A stretch of 63,044 bases of DNA, filler included, from Intoshia linei (taxonomy: Eukaryota > Animalia > Orthonectida), in the NCBI GenBank assembly GCA_001642005.1. It is 8 parts of 8 records of this genome, joined end to end, with 100 filler letters (N's around TTAATTAATTAA, not from the genome) between each part and the next. Parts side by side here need not be neighbours in the genome. Positions count along the whole stretch, not along the records: positions 1 to 20,251 come from LWCA01000690.1; positions 20,352 to 21,429 come from LWCA01002808.1; positions 21,530 to 38,017 come from LWCA01000858.1; 5 more parts are not named here. One strand, written 5' to 3'. A program made the position numbers and the translations under genes. This document shows, piece after piece, positions 12,301 to 25,400 of the stretch. The number at the start of each line of letters is the position of its first letter. Within the stretch, counting starts at the first letter, position 1. The notes below the pieces were generated by a model. The model did not search any database and was not told the origin of the DNA. It worked only from the letters and a program-made list of their open reading frames with translations.

Positions 12301-15300
12301 ATATTAATTTGAATTAATAAAAGTAAAAACAAATAAAAAGCTAGAGTAACTAAAACACTGGTCAATTGATCTGAAAGTATTGCGCAAATCACTAGCACTA
12401 GGCTTAGTGTTCATGTCAATATTAAAAATACCAAATGTATAAATCCTGCAGCAGTGAACCAAATACTAATGAGAGAAGAGACTAACTGGCATAATCTGAT
12501 TGAACTGCTGGTTTTTAAAACATTCAAATACTGTAATACATCAGGGACAGTCATTATTCTCAAAACACGCATGAATCGTAAACCTAATAGATGTTTATTG
12601 CTAAAAATGTTTTTTCATACCGATCCAATTTCTGTTTAAAAAAATTGATAGAAATGATGGAGGTATGGTGAAATAGTCAACCCAAGAATATAATTCTACT
12701 AAAAACCATAATTTGTCGTTAGCAGCAATGAACTAAAAATAAATATATACATAAAAATCGAGTATATATTCTCAGTGTCGAACCTACCGTACCCGAGAGC
12801 GCTCTTCGGAGGTCTCAACGAAAGTTTAATACAAAGGGCCTCATTTTTGTAAATTAAGTATTAAAAAAATATATTTTGAATATAAAAATTTTTTGTATTA
12901 AATTTAAAATTTCAAGCCAACAATAGTTTGCTTAGTTTGCCAAAAATTTAAGATTTGCTAACAATAGGATGAAATGTATTGGTTTATATAAAAAAGATGT
13001 AAATATATGGCGAACTAAAGAATTGATGATCATAAAACGCCGCAATTGAGATTAAATAAGTCAAGTCAATAATCAGTATTAAAAAATGGTAAAATTTAAT
13101 TTTATAGTCATGTACTAATATACATATATGCATATACTAGTATATATTCTAAAGTTGTTAGCTGTTTCCTAGAAACTGGGTTAAATTATTTACCAAAATT
13201 TTTTAATTCCCGATATTGGTGAATAGTTAAGGATTAACTGTTTTAATCAATTAAATCATTTAATTTTTTTATTTATAAATACATTATATTAGTACAAAAA
13301 TTACTCTTATAAAGAAGTAAACCATGAAAAATATATTGAAAGCTAAATCCACTTGCTGTGTTCGGTTTTGAGACCATTCCTGGCAAGATTCAATGTGAAC
13401 GACACTATACATTTTTATAAGTATAAATTATTACATTACAATGATGTGTCGATAAAGTAGATAATGAGTGAACCTATGCTTAACACGAATACGAGAACGA
13501 CCTAAAATTAATTATTAAAAATCAATATTAATTTCGATTTGCTATATAATATTATTATAATTAATTCAGTTAAAGACATATGTATAATATACATTATATA
13601 TATCCATGTTATATGTACCATATACTATATATATACAATCTACATTATAAATTACTTAATTTCTCATATATTCATAGATATGAGATATATGGTAAAAAAT
13701 AGATTTTAATTCAAATCAAATTAAAAATAATTAAAACAAGGCTTAAAATAAATATGTATATTAGGGTGGTTCAAAAACATGAAAATTTTTGAAATTGAGA
13801 TCGTACTTTTGATATTTTGCTAAGGGTGATAAACAGTGATGATTGGCAAAAAAATTAATTCGATTCAATTAATTTTCCTTTGGCACCCGGTCAGGGGAAA
13901 TCTATAATTATAGATAGTATTTTATAATATAAATATTTTAATGGTAACCATATAAATTAATTGACGAATATTAATTAAAACGTTCATCCATTAGTGAAAT
14001 TATCCATTAGACAAAAAAAATAATTCGATTCCATTAAATTTCCATCGCCAACCGAACAAGGGAATAATCAATATTATAGAATTTGTATAATATTGATATT
14101 TCAATGGTAGCCGTGAAAATCGAGTGACGATTATTAATTATAAATGGCAATCCAATGGGTGACAAAGGCAAAGATTCATTTTATGAAAAAGTAAATTAAA
14201 AATAACAGTCGTATCGATTCGAAAGACGGAGGTTTTTTAACAGAATATGTAATTTTTTATAGATGTTAAAATTTGGACCAAAATGAAAATAAAATGATTT
14301 ATAAATAAAAAAAGAACAACAAATGTTTCATAATTTTAATTTATATAATTGTTAAATTTCATAATATATCTGTTAACACATTGATAACAAATTGATTAAA
14401 AAATTAGAATAATTTGATAATGTAATAAGTCCCATTTTATTTGTTAAACTTTAACAATGAATTATAACGTAACGCACACTGCATTTTTATACTATATATA
14501 AGAAATGTAAATTTGGTGGTGATGAGTGGCGAAGCAATAATTAATTTTATGCTGTAAAATTTTGTACAAGTCATTTTTACCCAATTTCCCTAATATACTT
14601 AAAAGTACTTTTTAAAATTTTTTTTCACCACCCTAATGTATATGTTATATATAACTAACTGAGCCGTTTTGATGAGTGCCTAAAACTTTTGCATGGATAT
14701 TTATAAGCTATACTATAGCAACAGTTTAGTCATTAGACATATAATTAATTTCATATGATATTGAGATAAATAACTTGTCAATACACTTGTTTAAAATCAA
14801 TAGATAATTTTGTTAAATTTAATAACATGTACGAAAATTTTGAAATATTTACTATATTTTGAAATATATTATTCTGTAAAACAATATATTCAGATATGAG
14901 AAAAAAATCATGAAACAGTTTAAATTTTTGTTTCAGTTTCAGTTTGTTTCTGATAGACTGAAAATAATTTTTGAATGTGAATATGAATTATTTTTATTTA
15001 TAATTAGCTCAAATTGCAACATGACTCTATTAAAAAAGATTTATATCCCAATTTAAATAAAATTATTATATATAATAGTTAATCATTAAAGTAATATAAA
15101 TGAAACTGTATTATTACAACCGGGATCATTGAATGGTTTATGAAAAGTTAAAATAAGACAATATTTTAATAGACATTTATAATTACTTTGATAAAGTTCA
15201 ACAATGTAAAAGTCAACGATTCTTGATTTACACTGTAACATGTGACATGTTAAATTAAAATTTTTATTTTTATTTCTAAAATAATTTTTGTGGATCGTGT

Positions 15301-17951
15301 ACGAACGGTTAATATACATTTTAATTTTATATTATGTAATAACATGTATATTTTAAATATGAAGATGGCCAGTATGAACCCATTCAATTTCTCGTCGCAT
15401 ACATGCAATGTATTGGATTTCTGCATAATATTAATAAGAAGGGTCCGGTTATTTAGTGCATTAATGGATTAATTAATAGTATTCATACATTTTTTATATT
15501 TTATTTAAATCTCACAGACCCGCAGGCGTATAGTTTTGGACCCCCTAATTAAGCCACTACCTTAACGAGAGGGTATTTGAAAAAAATATTACTCAATGAT
15601 TTACTTTTGAAACAAATTTACTAGTGGGCGATCTAAAAAATTGAGAAAGTTAAAAAAAACTTAAATTTGTGTACTTTTTAATCTAGGTTATTAAATTTCT
15701 TTACGAAAATCAAAAAATCTATTCTGGTCACTATAGGTAAATCAGGAATTATAAAACCAACACCGACAACCTATACTCTATAACCGAATCTACCGTACGC
15801 GAGATTCTCCCCCTCCCTTTTTTTGATCTCATTTTTCATAATTGAGTATTTAAAAAAATAATATTTTTAAATAAAATAACCACTGTATTTTGAGTGTCAA
15901 ATTTAAAATATAAGTCCAGAAATTATAGAGATAGCTTGGGTTCTATTTTATTATGCATCGTTTGACAAAAAAATTTATAATGATATTTTTCATTTTCGGG
16001 TGGAGGTCGAATATGGTAGGTTCGGCGTTGTTGGGGATTCAAGGAAATTGGTGAATTCCTGGATAAATGTTTCATGGTTTCAGTTCAAGTATCATACATT
16101 AATACACCCCCTTCCAACCAGTTTCAATTAAAAAAATTTTCGCGATACATCAACAGGGTTGTGGTCAAAGCCGAACCTACCAAACTCGAGGCCCCGAAAC
16201 AAAAAAATAGGTCCCAAAAAAATTCCCAAAAAGACGTTAAAATAATTAAAAATGTTATACAGCCCTAAAACGTTAAAACAAAAAAATAAATATTCAATAA
16301 TTGATTTTTTTTAATACTGAATTTGAAAAAATGAGTCCCAACTTTTACCAAAATTGCCGTCGAACCTATCGAAATAGTAGAAATAGGTCCTAGTCATGGA
16401 GAACCAAAAGTGTGCTTGGGACAGATAAAAATCGTTGAGCTATATACAAATTAAAAATATTTATGCCCTCTAATCATAGTTACAATTTTTTCAGTGTTAC
16501 ACGTGATAGTAATTTATAAACATTAACTAACATTAAAATTATTGTAAATATTTATAATTTTTAAAAAATGGCATGGCTTTAAATGACCAATAGAACATTT
16601 TAATATCAGCTATTTTTGACATACTAAAGTTATTTCTCAATAATAACTATTAATTAAAATAGTAATTCATTTTGATTGTAAGTCCGAGACATGTGACCCC
16701 TAGCCCCTCTTCACAGTCCTGCATATCAATATGACATAACGAAAATAAATTCATTATCAACATGTGTACCCAGTGTTAAACCTACTGTATCCAGAGACCC
16801 TTTTCGAGGTCTCGATGAAAAAGTTTTGTAAAACGGTGGCCTCATTTTTCCAAATTGAGCATTAAAAAATTATATTCTTGAATATCACAACTATTTTCAG
16901 TGTAAAATTTAAAATATCAAGTCAAGAGCCTTAGAGAGGTCGTTAGGGTTATACAACATTATCCATGGTATAAGTAAAAAAATTTAGGGGCCTATTTTTC
17001 ATTTTCGATGTCCTCGAACTGGGTAGGTTCGGCTTTGTGTGCGTCCACAAAAATTTGTAATTATATTATTTTATTATAAAATCAATTTCCATAAAAATAA
17101 AATTAATATCAAGGCAGAATTATGGATGTGAATGGGACGGACAGATTATAATTGTATGTTTAAAAATGTACATTTAAAAAAAAATTTATTTATCTATCAC
17201 TGTTTAAATTTTTTCTAATATTACCTATCAATTGACAATAATTGGACCATCATATGGCCCCTAGTCCGTCTCCACGACCCTGTACGAAGGGTCCTCTAAT
17301 GAAAATAAAAAAATATTGAGAATGTATCTACACTAAACGACACTTTTTATATGCATTAATATTAAATTTGAGCTAAATAAAATGTACTCAAAAGTCAACT
17401 ATTTTTTTGCCTTCATCAGTTGTAAATGTAAATAAGTACATATAAAACATTACCAAAATTCTACCGGTAGTAGTTTGACCAGAAATGAGTTCACCAGCCC
17501 AATCCTTAGCCTCAGTGAGCCATCCGACTTGACCATCCATAGATTCAGCATCACTTTCATATTCAAAATTATTACTATTAGGATTATTAATATTGACAGA
17601 TTCATTAAAAGACTCTGCACCAACAGTACTGTGTTTATTATTAAGTTGTATGCCTTCAAGAGAATCAGAACTCGATTTGTGTTTACAACATAGACAACCA
17701 TTGTAACATTTTTGAGATTTACATTCATAATTAACACTATTAGCGTACTCGTGATGGCCACATTTTTTTTTTGGTTTACAAAATATTTGACTATATATCC
17801 AACTGAATATGCGACCACACAAAACTGCAAAAAGAAGCACCAAAAATACAATCAAACTTGACGATATAAATGTAAACCATTGGCGATTTTGAAGGCAGGG
17901 ATCAATATTTAATTGTGTATTCGTATTGTTGGTTAATATACTTTGCGACAT
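381..17951 (-). CDS. slo1: Slo1/BK large-conductance Ca2+-activated K+ channel alpha subunit, 17 exons, 3'-partial (runs off window start)
   Basis: In-frame GT-AG exons: 17454-17951, 13440-13501, 13305-13404, 12621-12732, 12432-12583, 10939-11109, 8887-8978, 8075-8185, 7926-8031, 7721-7873, 3224-3379, 2190-2302, 1953-2144, 1600-1688, 972-1041, 800-929, 381-608. Motifs: [24 protein letters not shown]4 GLRFMRVLR, pore TMSTVGYGD (TVGYGD at 10999-11016), S6 [15 protein letters not shown]1 [49 protein letters not shown], heme motif [17 protein letters not shown]2 [22 protein letters not shown]. Confidence 0.97.
2363..2631. mobile_element. hAT-like MITE, ~220-280 bp family with TIR CAGAGCCGAACCTACC (other copies about 4081, 6390, 12773, 15781, 16167, 16771, 21972, 25339, 29827, 30848, 43293)
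   Basis: Recurring terminal inverted repeat ...GGTAGGTTCGGCT(C/T)TG, imperfect 8-bp TSDs and a shared internal sequence. Confidence 0.8.
3410..3555 (+). mobile_element. Tc1/Tc3-like transposase remnant
   Basis: Translates to [16 protein letters not shown]...QSGGGFVMI, matching the Tc3-type DEKKFNLDGPDG...GGGxVMVW motifs; disrupted. Confidence 0.7.
3675..4433 (+). mobile_element. Truncated hAT-type MITE (CAGTGGTT-CCAAA TIR) with a nested TA-ended MITE (3829-3985) and a nested CAGAGCCGAACC-family MITE (4081-4363)
   Basis: Colinear with the complete copy at 29620-30366. Roughly 42-bp TIRs around 3829-3985; near-identical 8-bp TSD around 4081-4363. Confidence 0.75.
4445..6020 (+). mobile_element. 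Degenerate CMC/Chapaev3-like DNA transposon with long sub-repeat (foldback-like) inverted arms
   Basis: Arms 4445-4665 and about 5925-6020 are reverse complements built from ~10-bp CAGTGAATCA units. Internal 5281-5495 reads [27 protein letters not shown].../[30 protein letters not shown] (frameshift and stop), resembling the [10 protein letters not shown]..MLxDYxW motif I recall from Chapaev3 transposases. Begins with CAC. Confidence 0.7.
6051..6138 (+). repeat. Inverted copy of Slo1 exon 9 3' end plus donor site (source 7906-7993)
   Basis: Manual alignment to the reverse complement of 7906-7993: 80/88 identical, ungapped, including a 34-bp perfect run across the GCCAAC|GTAATA donor. Confidence 0.93.
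6736..7620 (-). CDS. Intronless orphan seven-transmembrane (GPCR-like topology) protein, 294 aa, nested in Slo1 intron 10 on the same strand
   Basis: 885-nt stop-free frame from ATG 7620 (open from 7698), unlikely by chance in DNA this AT-rich. Seven hydrophobic segments by eye, a long TM5-TM6 loop and a short basic C-tail. No rhodopsin-family motifs (DRY, NPxxY) recognised. Confidence 0.7.
   Translation of the reverse strand: MEFEKVFYIVLMPFSLLNMLASIFLTIGVIKYIKNYCFYTVIHIFLFFIQLVRCIHYSLKIFNQNNDRIFNFMESAIGPMLLTASFLLTYGIIKIISCKYRLRRIFDSPLIIVSFFLNIGFIMVIISVMDNGSLSKHTQIIITLIFYIIKATTCILICIPDVYSLYIFRKKVIYKMKIFERDNVSHTDVTLTHSTTSFVNSFRVNMGNQKFVPFFIKAILLKILCFLAYSTCHVILCVNLGMYILNQKQSMLYYVNFPKYLFEHLIVTIILSFSFYSVYSNIKSKKITSDSLST
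9438..10370 (+). mobile_element. Non-autonomous Helitron-like element (family copy in Slo1 intron)
   Basis: A|TC 5' end TCCTAACTTATATAA, GT/GTCT microsatellite, body shared with more than ten copies in the window. Confidence 0.75.
13761..14636. mobile_element. TA-flanked TIR element (Tc1/mariner-like MITE) with internal direct repeats
   Basis: TTAGGGTGGT at left and CACCACCCTAA at right; duplicated ~170-bp internal block at about 13820-14150. Confidence 0.55.
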
Positions 17952-19563
17952 GTTGATGTGAAATATTTTTTAATTTTATTTTCTATGACCATTCTTGATT
18001 CATAAATCTAAATAAGGCATAAAATGAAAAATTTACTTTTACAACGCGAAAATTTGAAATTTCAAAAGTATAAACCTTAAATTAGTTGATCGATTGACAA
18101 GTAAATTGATTAAAATTTGCAATTATTTTAGTTGATTAAAATCAGTCGCGCTGGAGTGAAATAATTATAAATAAAACATAATAATTGATCTAGATTGCAA
18201 CATGTGATTGATATTGAGATATGGAATCAAATTGAGATTTCGATAAGTTGTTATATGAAAATGAAAGAAACACAAAATATTTCTTGAATATTATCATTAG
18301 TTTTAAAATGAAAAGTTTCCGTTTAAAATTCAAAATTATTAGAAAGTTCAATATTATTCGAATTTCGAAATAAAAATATCCAATTAATTCTGGTATAGCT
18401 AGGATACGTACAAGATCAATAATTTTGTTTTAATTATCAGTAATTTACTTTTCTTTAAAAAAATTAGTAGGACATAATGGTGTATTAGTAATCAATAAAC
18501 AATTAATACACACTAAAATTACCCAATTTATAGTTTGAAACGGTATATAATTATAAATATATAACATTAAATTCATTTAAGCAGATGTACAATTAAATAA
18601 ATCAATTGCTCAAGTTAAGCAATTAATGTAATTTATTAGTATTATTAATGTGCAGCCATTTCTGTGTAATTGCTTCAGTATAAGGCAAGTGTGGTTTGAT
18701 ACAATTTGAAAATTGACCTTATTTGCAAGTTTTATTAAATCGACTCGCAATAATTTATACATGTTATTAAAAACAATTTTTTTTGTAATGTCTCAAATTT
18801 AACTTTGCACCATAATCATTGTAATAACCAATTTACCAAAATATATGCGTATTTCATTAAATCAATAATTTTATTGCTCATTTAATTAATAATAGCTACA
18901 ATGTATACATTTTTAATTATTTCTAGGTTAAATTAATTTGAATTACCTCTATTACTCGGACGATTAATTTCTATTCTTCAATATATTATTCAAACAGTTT
19001 TAAATGCTTACAAATAACGTATTGATATAGTCAGTTTTAAAATTCAAATTGACTGTTGCATATTTTGTAGACCAGCTTACCGCACTAAAACATCTGATCA
19101 CTTCCATCTTGCACAAACTGTTTGCCATTCAACTAGTGCAACTAATTACTATTCCAATATTCACCAATTTTACAGTCACATTTCCTCATATTTTGCTCAA
19201 CGTTATCTCAAATATTTCTAAAAATGTATAAATATCAATTATCAGATCCCAAGTTGTGTATAATCAATTGAATTAAAAATGTCTTTTTAGAATTATAAAT
19301 ACCAATATAAATTCATTACACATAATACATGTCCCTTAAGATTGCTTAATATAGATGTTACCTATTTAAATATTCTATGATACAATAAAATTAAAAACGC
19401 TTGACATGTAGCAACAAATATACATTCATTTACAAATTCAATTGTAATATTATAAAATTCTGTCACTGATATTAATTAATCGTTAAAGGTGGATATTCAT
19501 TTATAAATATAATAATAATATAAATAATTTTTTAATGAATAAAAAAAAAATTGAAATAGAAAT

Positions 19564-19802
19564 TTATAACATACATTTATCTTTATAAATTTCATCAATT
19601 TCAGTCTTGAATTTTAATATAACTTGTTTTTTTTTAATTTTCATTGTTGGACCCATTTCACCTCCAGGAATAGAAAAATCTTTTTTTAAAATTTTCCATT
19701 TTTTTATTTTGTATACATTGTTTGTGGCTTTTGAATTTACTATTTCAAGCGCTTTTTCTATGGCTTGATGTACTTTTTCATCCTTCATTTCATAAATTTT
19801 GT
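19564..19802 (-). CDS. acsbg: Last exon of long-chain acyl-CoA synthetase, bubblegum (ACSBG) family
   Basis: CAG acceptor at 19803-19805. AIEKALEIVNSKATNNVYKIKKWKILKKDFSIPGGEMGPTMKIKK...IDEIY matches the ACSBG C-terminus. Upstream exons not found (gap at 20252). Confidence 0.85.
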
Positions 19803-20251
19803 CTGAATTTTAAAATTACTAGAAAATCAAAAATTGCATCATTTACTTTATAACTAAAAACAACGTTAAACTTTTCCCTTTTGCATAAAGTAAACGATAA
19901 TTACATATCAAACTACATTTACCATTTTCGATCAGAGACGTCAGTAATTAGTAAACATTAAAATAGGGATTCCCATACTTTTTTCACGGCTGGCCCGTAA
20001 TAAATTATAAAATGTATCGCGGATCATCAAAATGTAATTATTAGGAAACATTAAAAACAATAATAAAAAAAGTTTTATAATTTAAACTAGTGATTCTCAA
20101 GAGGATCCACAGGAGAAATTACACATCTAGGGGCTCCACAAGAAAAATTTGGGATCCACACATAAATTTTGGGGTAACGAAAAAAATCCATCACTAAAGT
20201 ATTTTACAAAACTACGTGACAATTTTAAATCGATTAAAATGAACAATATCT

Positions 20252-20351
20252 NNNNNNNNNNNNNNNNNNNNNNNNNNNNNNNNNNNNNNNNNNNNTTAAT
20301 TAATTAANNNNNNNNNNNNNNNNNNNNNNNNNNNNNNNNNNNNNNNNNNNN
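20252..20351. other. Assembly gap linker (also 21430-21529, 38018-38117, 49703-49802, 57975-58074, 59739-59838, 61368-61467)
   Basis: Identical N44-TTAATTAATTAA-N44 structure seven times; the 12-mer has stops in all six frames. Confidence 0.97.
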
Positions 20352-20709
20352 TTTAAAATAAATTACATTTCCAACAAAATCATGTTCCATTTCAAATCTT
20401 TCCAATATTACTAGATTATACTATACTATACTATAGATATATTTTTACCTATTACACTAGAATTTACAAAATTCATTGGTTTTGTCACATTTAATATTCA
20501 CATATTCTAGATACCAATCAGAACTAATATTTAGCTCATCGGTTTAAATTTTTATTTTAACAATTTTAATTAAAGTAACCACTTTCATTCGAAATTCATT
20601 AATCTAAATTTCATGTATACATATTTATTTAATGTGAAGTATTTTACATTTGCGTGTGTCAAACCGTAAGTCAGAATCCGTGTCCCCTCTAATACATATA
20701 TGTTTACAG

Positions 20710-20997
20710 CAGCGGTTCCCAACAAACTTCACAATTGGTACCCCTAAACTAAAAAAAAATAATTTGGTACCCATAATCATTTAAATTTAATTTAACTATG
20801 ACACTATATTAATTAAAATTGTTAAAATTCTACTTGATTAAAAGTGGATATCTAAAAAATGGTTAATGGTTGAACTGACTAAATAGTAACGTAAATATAT
20901 ATAATATACCACGTTAATATCTCAGAGTATTAAATATACATAATTACACAAGGAATTACAACATAAGGAGTACCAGTACCCCATTTGGGAACCGTTG
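20710..20997. mobile_element. hAT MITE (CAGCGGTTCCCAA TIR)
   Basis: TIRs at both ends; 8-bp TSD GTTTACAG / GTCTACAG. Confidence 0.8.
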
Positions 20998-22443
20998 GTC
21001 TACAGTATATATTCTAAAAAAAATTATGTGGGCTTTAGAGAGCCCGTAGTAAATTTGGACCATATGAAAAGTATAAGCCAACATTGTAGCTCACAGCCGT
21101 TACAAGACTAATACATGTATTTTTTAATCTAATAATTACACAATATTTTCAAAAATATTTTATCCATTATTTACTGACAATTGAATGAAATTATAAAATT
21201 ATTTGAACATTGTTTATTTTGATTAACATAATTTTAATATCTTTCTTTTTAGAATCTGTGAGGTTAGTTTTATTAGGAATGTGATAATGTTGTAAAAAAT
21301 TATTAAGTCGAAATTTAGTAATTAAACCAGTAAATCTTCGTTATATTATAAAATATTACGTTTTTAAGTTTAATATTTTTGGTAAAATGTAAAATATGTG
21401 ATTTACTACATTTTTCATCAAAAACATCANNNNNNNNNNNNNNNNNNNNNNNNNNNNNNNNNNNNNNNNNNNNTTAATTAATTAANNNNNNNNNNNNNNN
21501 NNNNNNNNNNNNNNNNNNNNNNNNNNNNNGAAATTTAGGCATTAACTGATTATTAGATTAAAATTTGGTTAAGATTCAGATTTTTAAAATTTAAAACAAT
21601 GCAATGCACAATGTGCATTGCTTTGTGCAATTTGCACATGTAAATATCTGAATATTTCAAAATCTAACTTTATTAACTTTATAAAATTTTAATTAGCCAA
21701 TTAATATTGACGATATTGGTGTCATCATGCTGGAAATGTTAAACTATTTAACATATCAAATTTTAACTTTTTTGACTTTTGCTTGCCTTAAATATCACGT
21801 TATTGACGTAAAAAACAGTTTAGATACAAAATATATATGCATATTGTGCATTGCACAATTTATATTACAGGTACCCTCTAGGTCAGATAAATGTTAGAAA
21901 CTCTAATATCTAAAAATAAACATATTTTCATATAATTAATAAATGATACATTGTTACAAAATTACAAGTATTATCGAACCTACTGTACCTAGATCCTTCT
22001 TCTGGAGACTAACCAAATTTTTGTAAAATGGGCCCTCATTTTTCAAAATTAAGCATATTATATTCTTGAACATCAATTTTTTTGTATATAAAATTTTAAT
22101 TCAATAACCATAGAGAACTGGTTTAGGGATATATGTCACCACATCACTTAAGAAAAATTTTTGAGGCCTATTGTTCATTTTAGGGGTTCGACTTTCTGGG
22201 CAAGTTATTGATTAATAATTCAATTATAATTGTCATGATTACAATTGAAACTTTTTAAGTTTTCTTAGACTTTTCTAAGGAGTTTGCCAGTGTTCTGTCC
22301 AGATTTTCAAATTCTGAAAGAATACCTACAATAATTCTTCCAAATTCTTTGATTAAATATTTACTTAATCTATGAGTCAAACTGTAGGAATATTTTTAAA
22401 AAAAATTATTAATGTAATAAAAATTTATTTTACATTTTCTTTA

Positions 22444-25400
22444 TTAATACTTGGAATACGTTTGAGTAGTCATCATTGGTGGTGGAGAGACATTAGAAAA
22501 TACAGAGTATACTGGAGCAGGAGGAACACCATATACGGTTGTATCATTTCCATTTATCTGGTTTTGTTGAGTTGATGGTGATTGTGTGTTCAGTTGTGCA
22601 GTTGGTTGTGTTATAGCATTACACTTTTTTTTCTTTTTGCAATAACACCCAATAAAAATAAAAATAGAGATGAAACCATTTGCTACACCAAAACCTATCC
22701 ACAAATAGGAAGAAATGTTTACACTTTTCGGTTCTACATATTCACACAACCCGTTTATACAGTCGTAATATGATTTGTCTGATTCAAAATCAGTCGCTTT
22801 TGCTCCGCTGAAAATGCTCGATATTCCATTTTGAGATATTGAGTTTACTTGATTTTCTAAATATTTTTTTATATTACTTTATATTTTTTACTTTAAATCG
22901 TATTTCTCGAACGATCAGAAAATGATTATAAAGGTCAATAACATTTAACCTTTTCGTTTTGATTGTTATCTAATTTCATATACGAATAAACAATGTACAA
23001 TCTTAAAATTCATCTTCAGGTAAGGATAAGTTTCGATAATTATATTTCACATTGTAATAATGTGTTAACACTCATTATCACAAAAATTATATGATCTCTG
23101 ATACTAGGTTATAGATATTTGATCATATAAATCATTTACTTAAATAAAATTGAATGTGTGGTTGCGAGTGTCTGTATGTTACAGTTTATTTAAAAAATAA
23201 ACAGTTGTAGAATTTAAACAAATCCAATTTCTAATAATATTTTTTGCGATTCATGTTTATATCTCTATTTTAATTTCCGAAATTTCGGCTTCATGGTCAA
23301 AACCACAACTTCCCCTTTTTTTAAAATGAAAACAGTCCTAAAATTTAAAAAAAATACAGATGATATGGTTCTATCCAGTTAACACACACAAAAAATTTCA
23401 CTCTGAAAAAGTAACGCCTTCACTGTCAAAAAAATCACGTCGTATTCATTTTTTTTATCATTACTAACAGTAATTAGTTTCCCATTATCAAGTTTTGAAC
23501 CAAATCCTTACTTATATAATATGTTATTCAATATTTGTTTGTGTGTTACCGATTATTGAAATAACTACAAGTCTTAGTATTTTATAAAGTCCACATTTAA
23601 AATATAGTTTTTTCCGGAACGTATAATAAGATAAATTTCAACCTCCCAAACTCACATCTTACGGGTCAAAAACCCCAATTGTCCCTCTTTTTAAAAATAA
23701 AACGAGTTGGAGAATTTAAAAAATATATACGCTGATACGGATTTTAAAATTTATTATATCACACATTTTAACATTATCATAAATTTAAATTGAAAAAAAT
23801 TATATCTTCAGAGTCAAAACCACAAATTACCCTTCTTTTTTAATGAAAACAGCCCTATAAGTTAAAAAAATTTACAGGTGGTACAGTTGTATCCTGTTAA
23901 CACACACAAAAAATTCGACGCCTTCACATTCAAAAAAGCATTTTAGTATTCATATATTTTTTTCGAAATATTTTATTAAAACAAAAAATGTGAAATAATT
24001 AAGGGTCCGAAAATTTAAAAAAAAAAATTATTCTGATAGAGATTATTTCAGTTAATATAATTACAAAATTCAACCCCAGAAATCTACGCATTCCCGGTGA
24101 AGAATACTTTGTAATATATTATCAACCAATGTTTTTCAAATATTTCGATTAAAATAAAAATTTAAAATGTAAATATTGATCCTACAATTTCAAAAAAAAT
24201 GTGCATTGAACGTCTACATATTTCCAATAAAAAATATGGGTGAAAATCTATATAATTCATTCGATCGCAATTTTTCAATCTTAAATTCTCATTTTCAAAA
24301 CATTTTGTTTAAAATTTAAATTAAGACTACAACAACGAATTACTATAAGTAATACAACTTTGTTATTATCATTTTCCTCATTTAATACTTATTTTTCATT
24401 TGCCATCGGCAGAGCTAGATGCTGTTTGTACGTATTACATAATAGTCAACCTAATGCAGTATACCTTTGTTGCCATCATATTGATATTTATTTCAATGTT
24501 GGAACATTTACTCGAAATATTTTTTTAAATGTCTGAATCCTTTATTTATTGATATAAAATATTTTTTTACATATCGAAAGCAGTTACTCAATATATGCTA
24601 TCACATTACTACCTGCTAGTAATATCATATAAATACCGGTCAGAAGCAATCCATAATTTAATATCAAGTTAGAGAATTTTTTTGATCCATCTTTGCATTC
24701 CACAATTACGCCAGAATTGCCGCTTTTTATTTTTTGTCCTTCATAGCAAATTCTTTTTGTAATGGAATCACGAACAAACAAAGAATCTATAATTTTTATA
24801 TAACATTTCTCACACGGTACTATATTTCATGATCTTAACTAATTAAATGTTAAAATAAACAGACTAAGCTATGATTCGACTGTTTCAAAATAAGTGTAGT
24901 CAAATTGTTATTACGATGAAGTACAATAAATTTTAAAATGCACTCACATATAAAAACTATTCAAATACGAGACAACCATTTTTAACACTGACTAATATCC
25001 AAAATCATTTTTTGTGAATTGTTACATTAAATTCACTCTCGCACTCTTTGTTGACATTTTTTGTTTTAAATTTATATTTAATTTTTTTGTGATGCCACAA
25101 TTTCCACAGTGATCGGAAAAATGTATAAGAAAATTTATTTGTAAAAAGTGTTTGTTTAATAAATTAGTGTCAATTTGAATTTCACATTCCAAACTGCATA
25201 TTATGCAGTTCTCGTGCCTCTAAGTGTTAATAAATGTGATTATAATATTTTTTATTTATACATTTAAATTAAATGTCAATTCAATTTTAATATATTTTAG
25301 TGAAGATTTATATTTTATGAATAACTAAATATTAATACAGTGGTCAATCTACCGTACCTGAGGCACTCTTAAGGTCTTGACGAAATTTTGGCAAAATTTG

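Noticed and set aside
17450-17851. 133-aa alternative-frame ORF overlapping Slo1 exon 1
   Set aside because: Shadow frame of an AT-biased coding exon; no recognisable features.
20296-20307. Palindromic TTAATTAATTAA repeated seven times
   Set aside because: Always centred in identical N runs; an artificial six-frame-stop linker, not biology.
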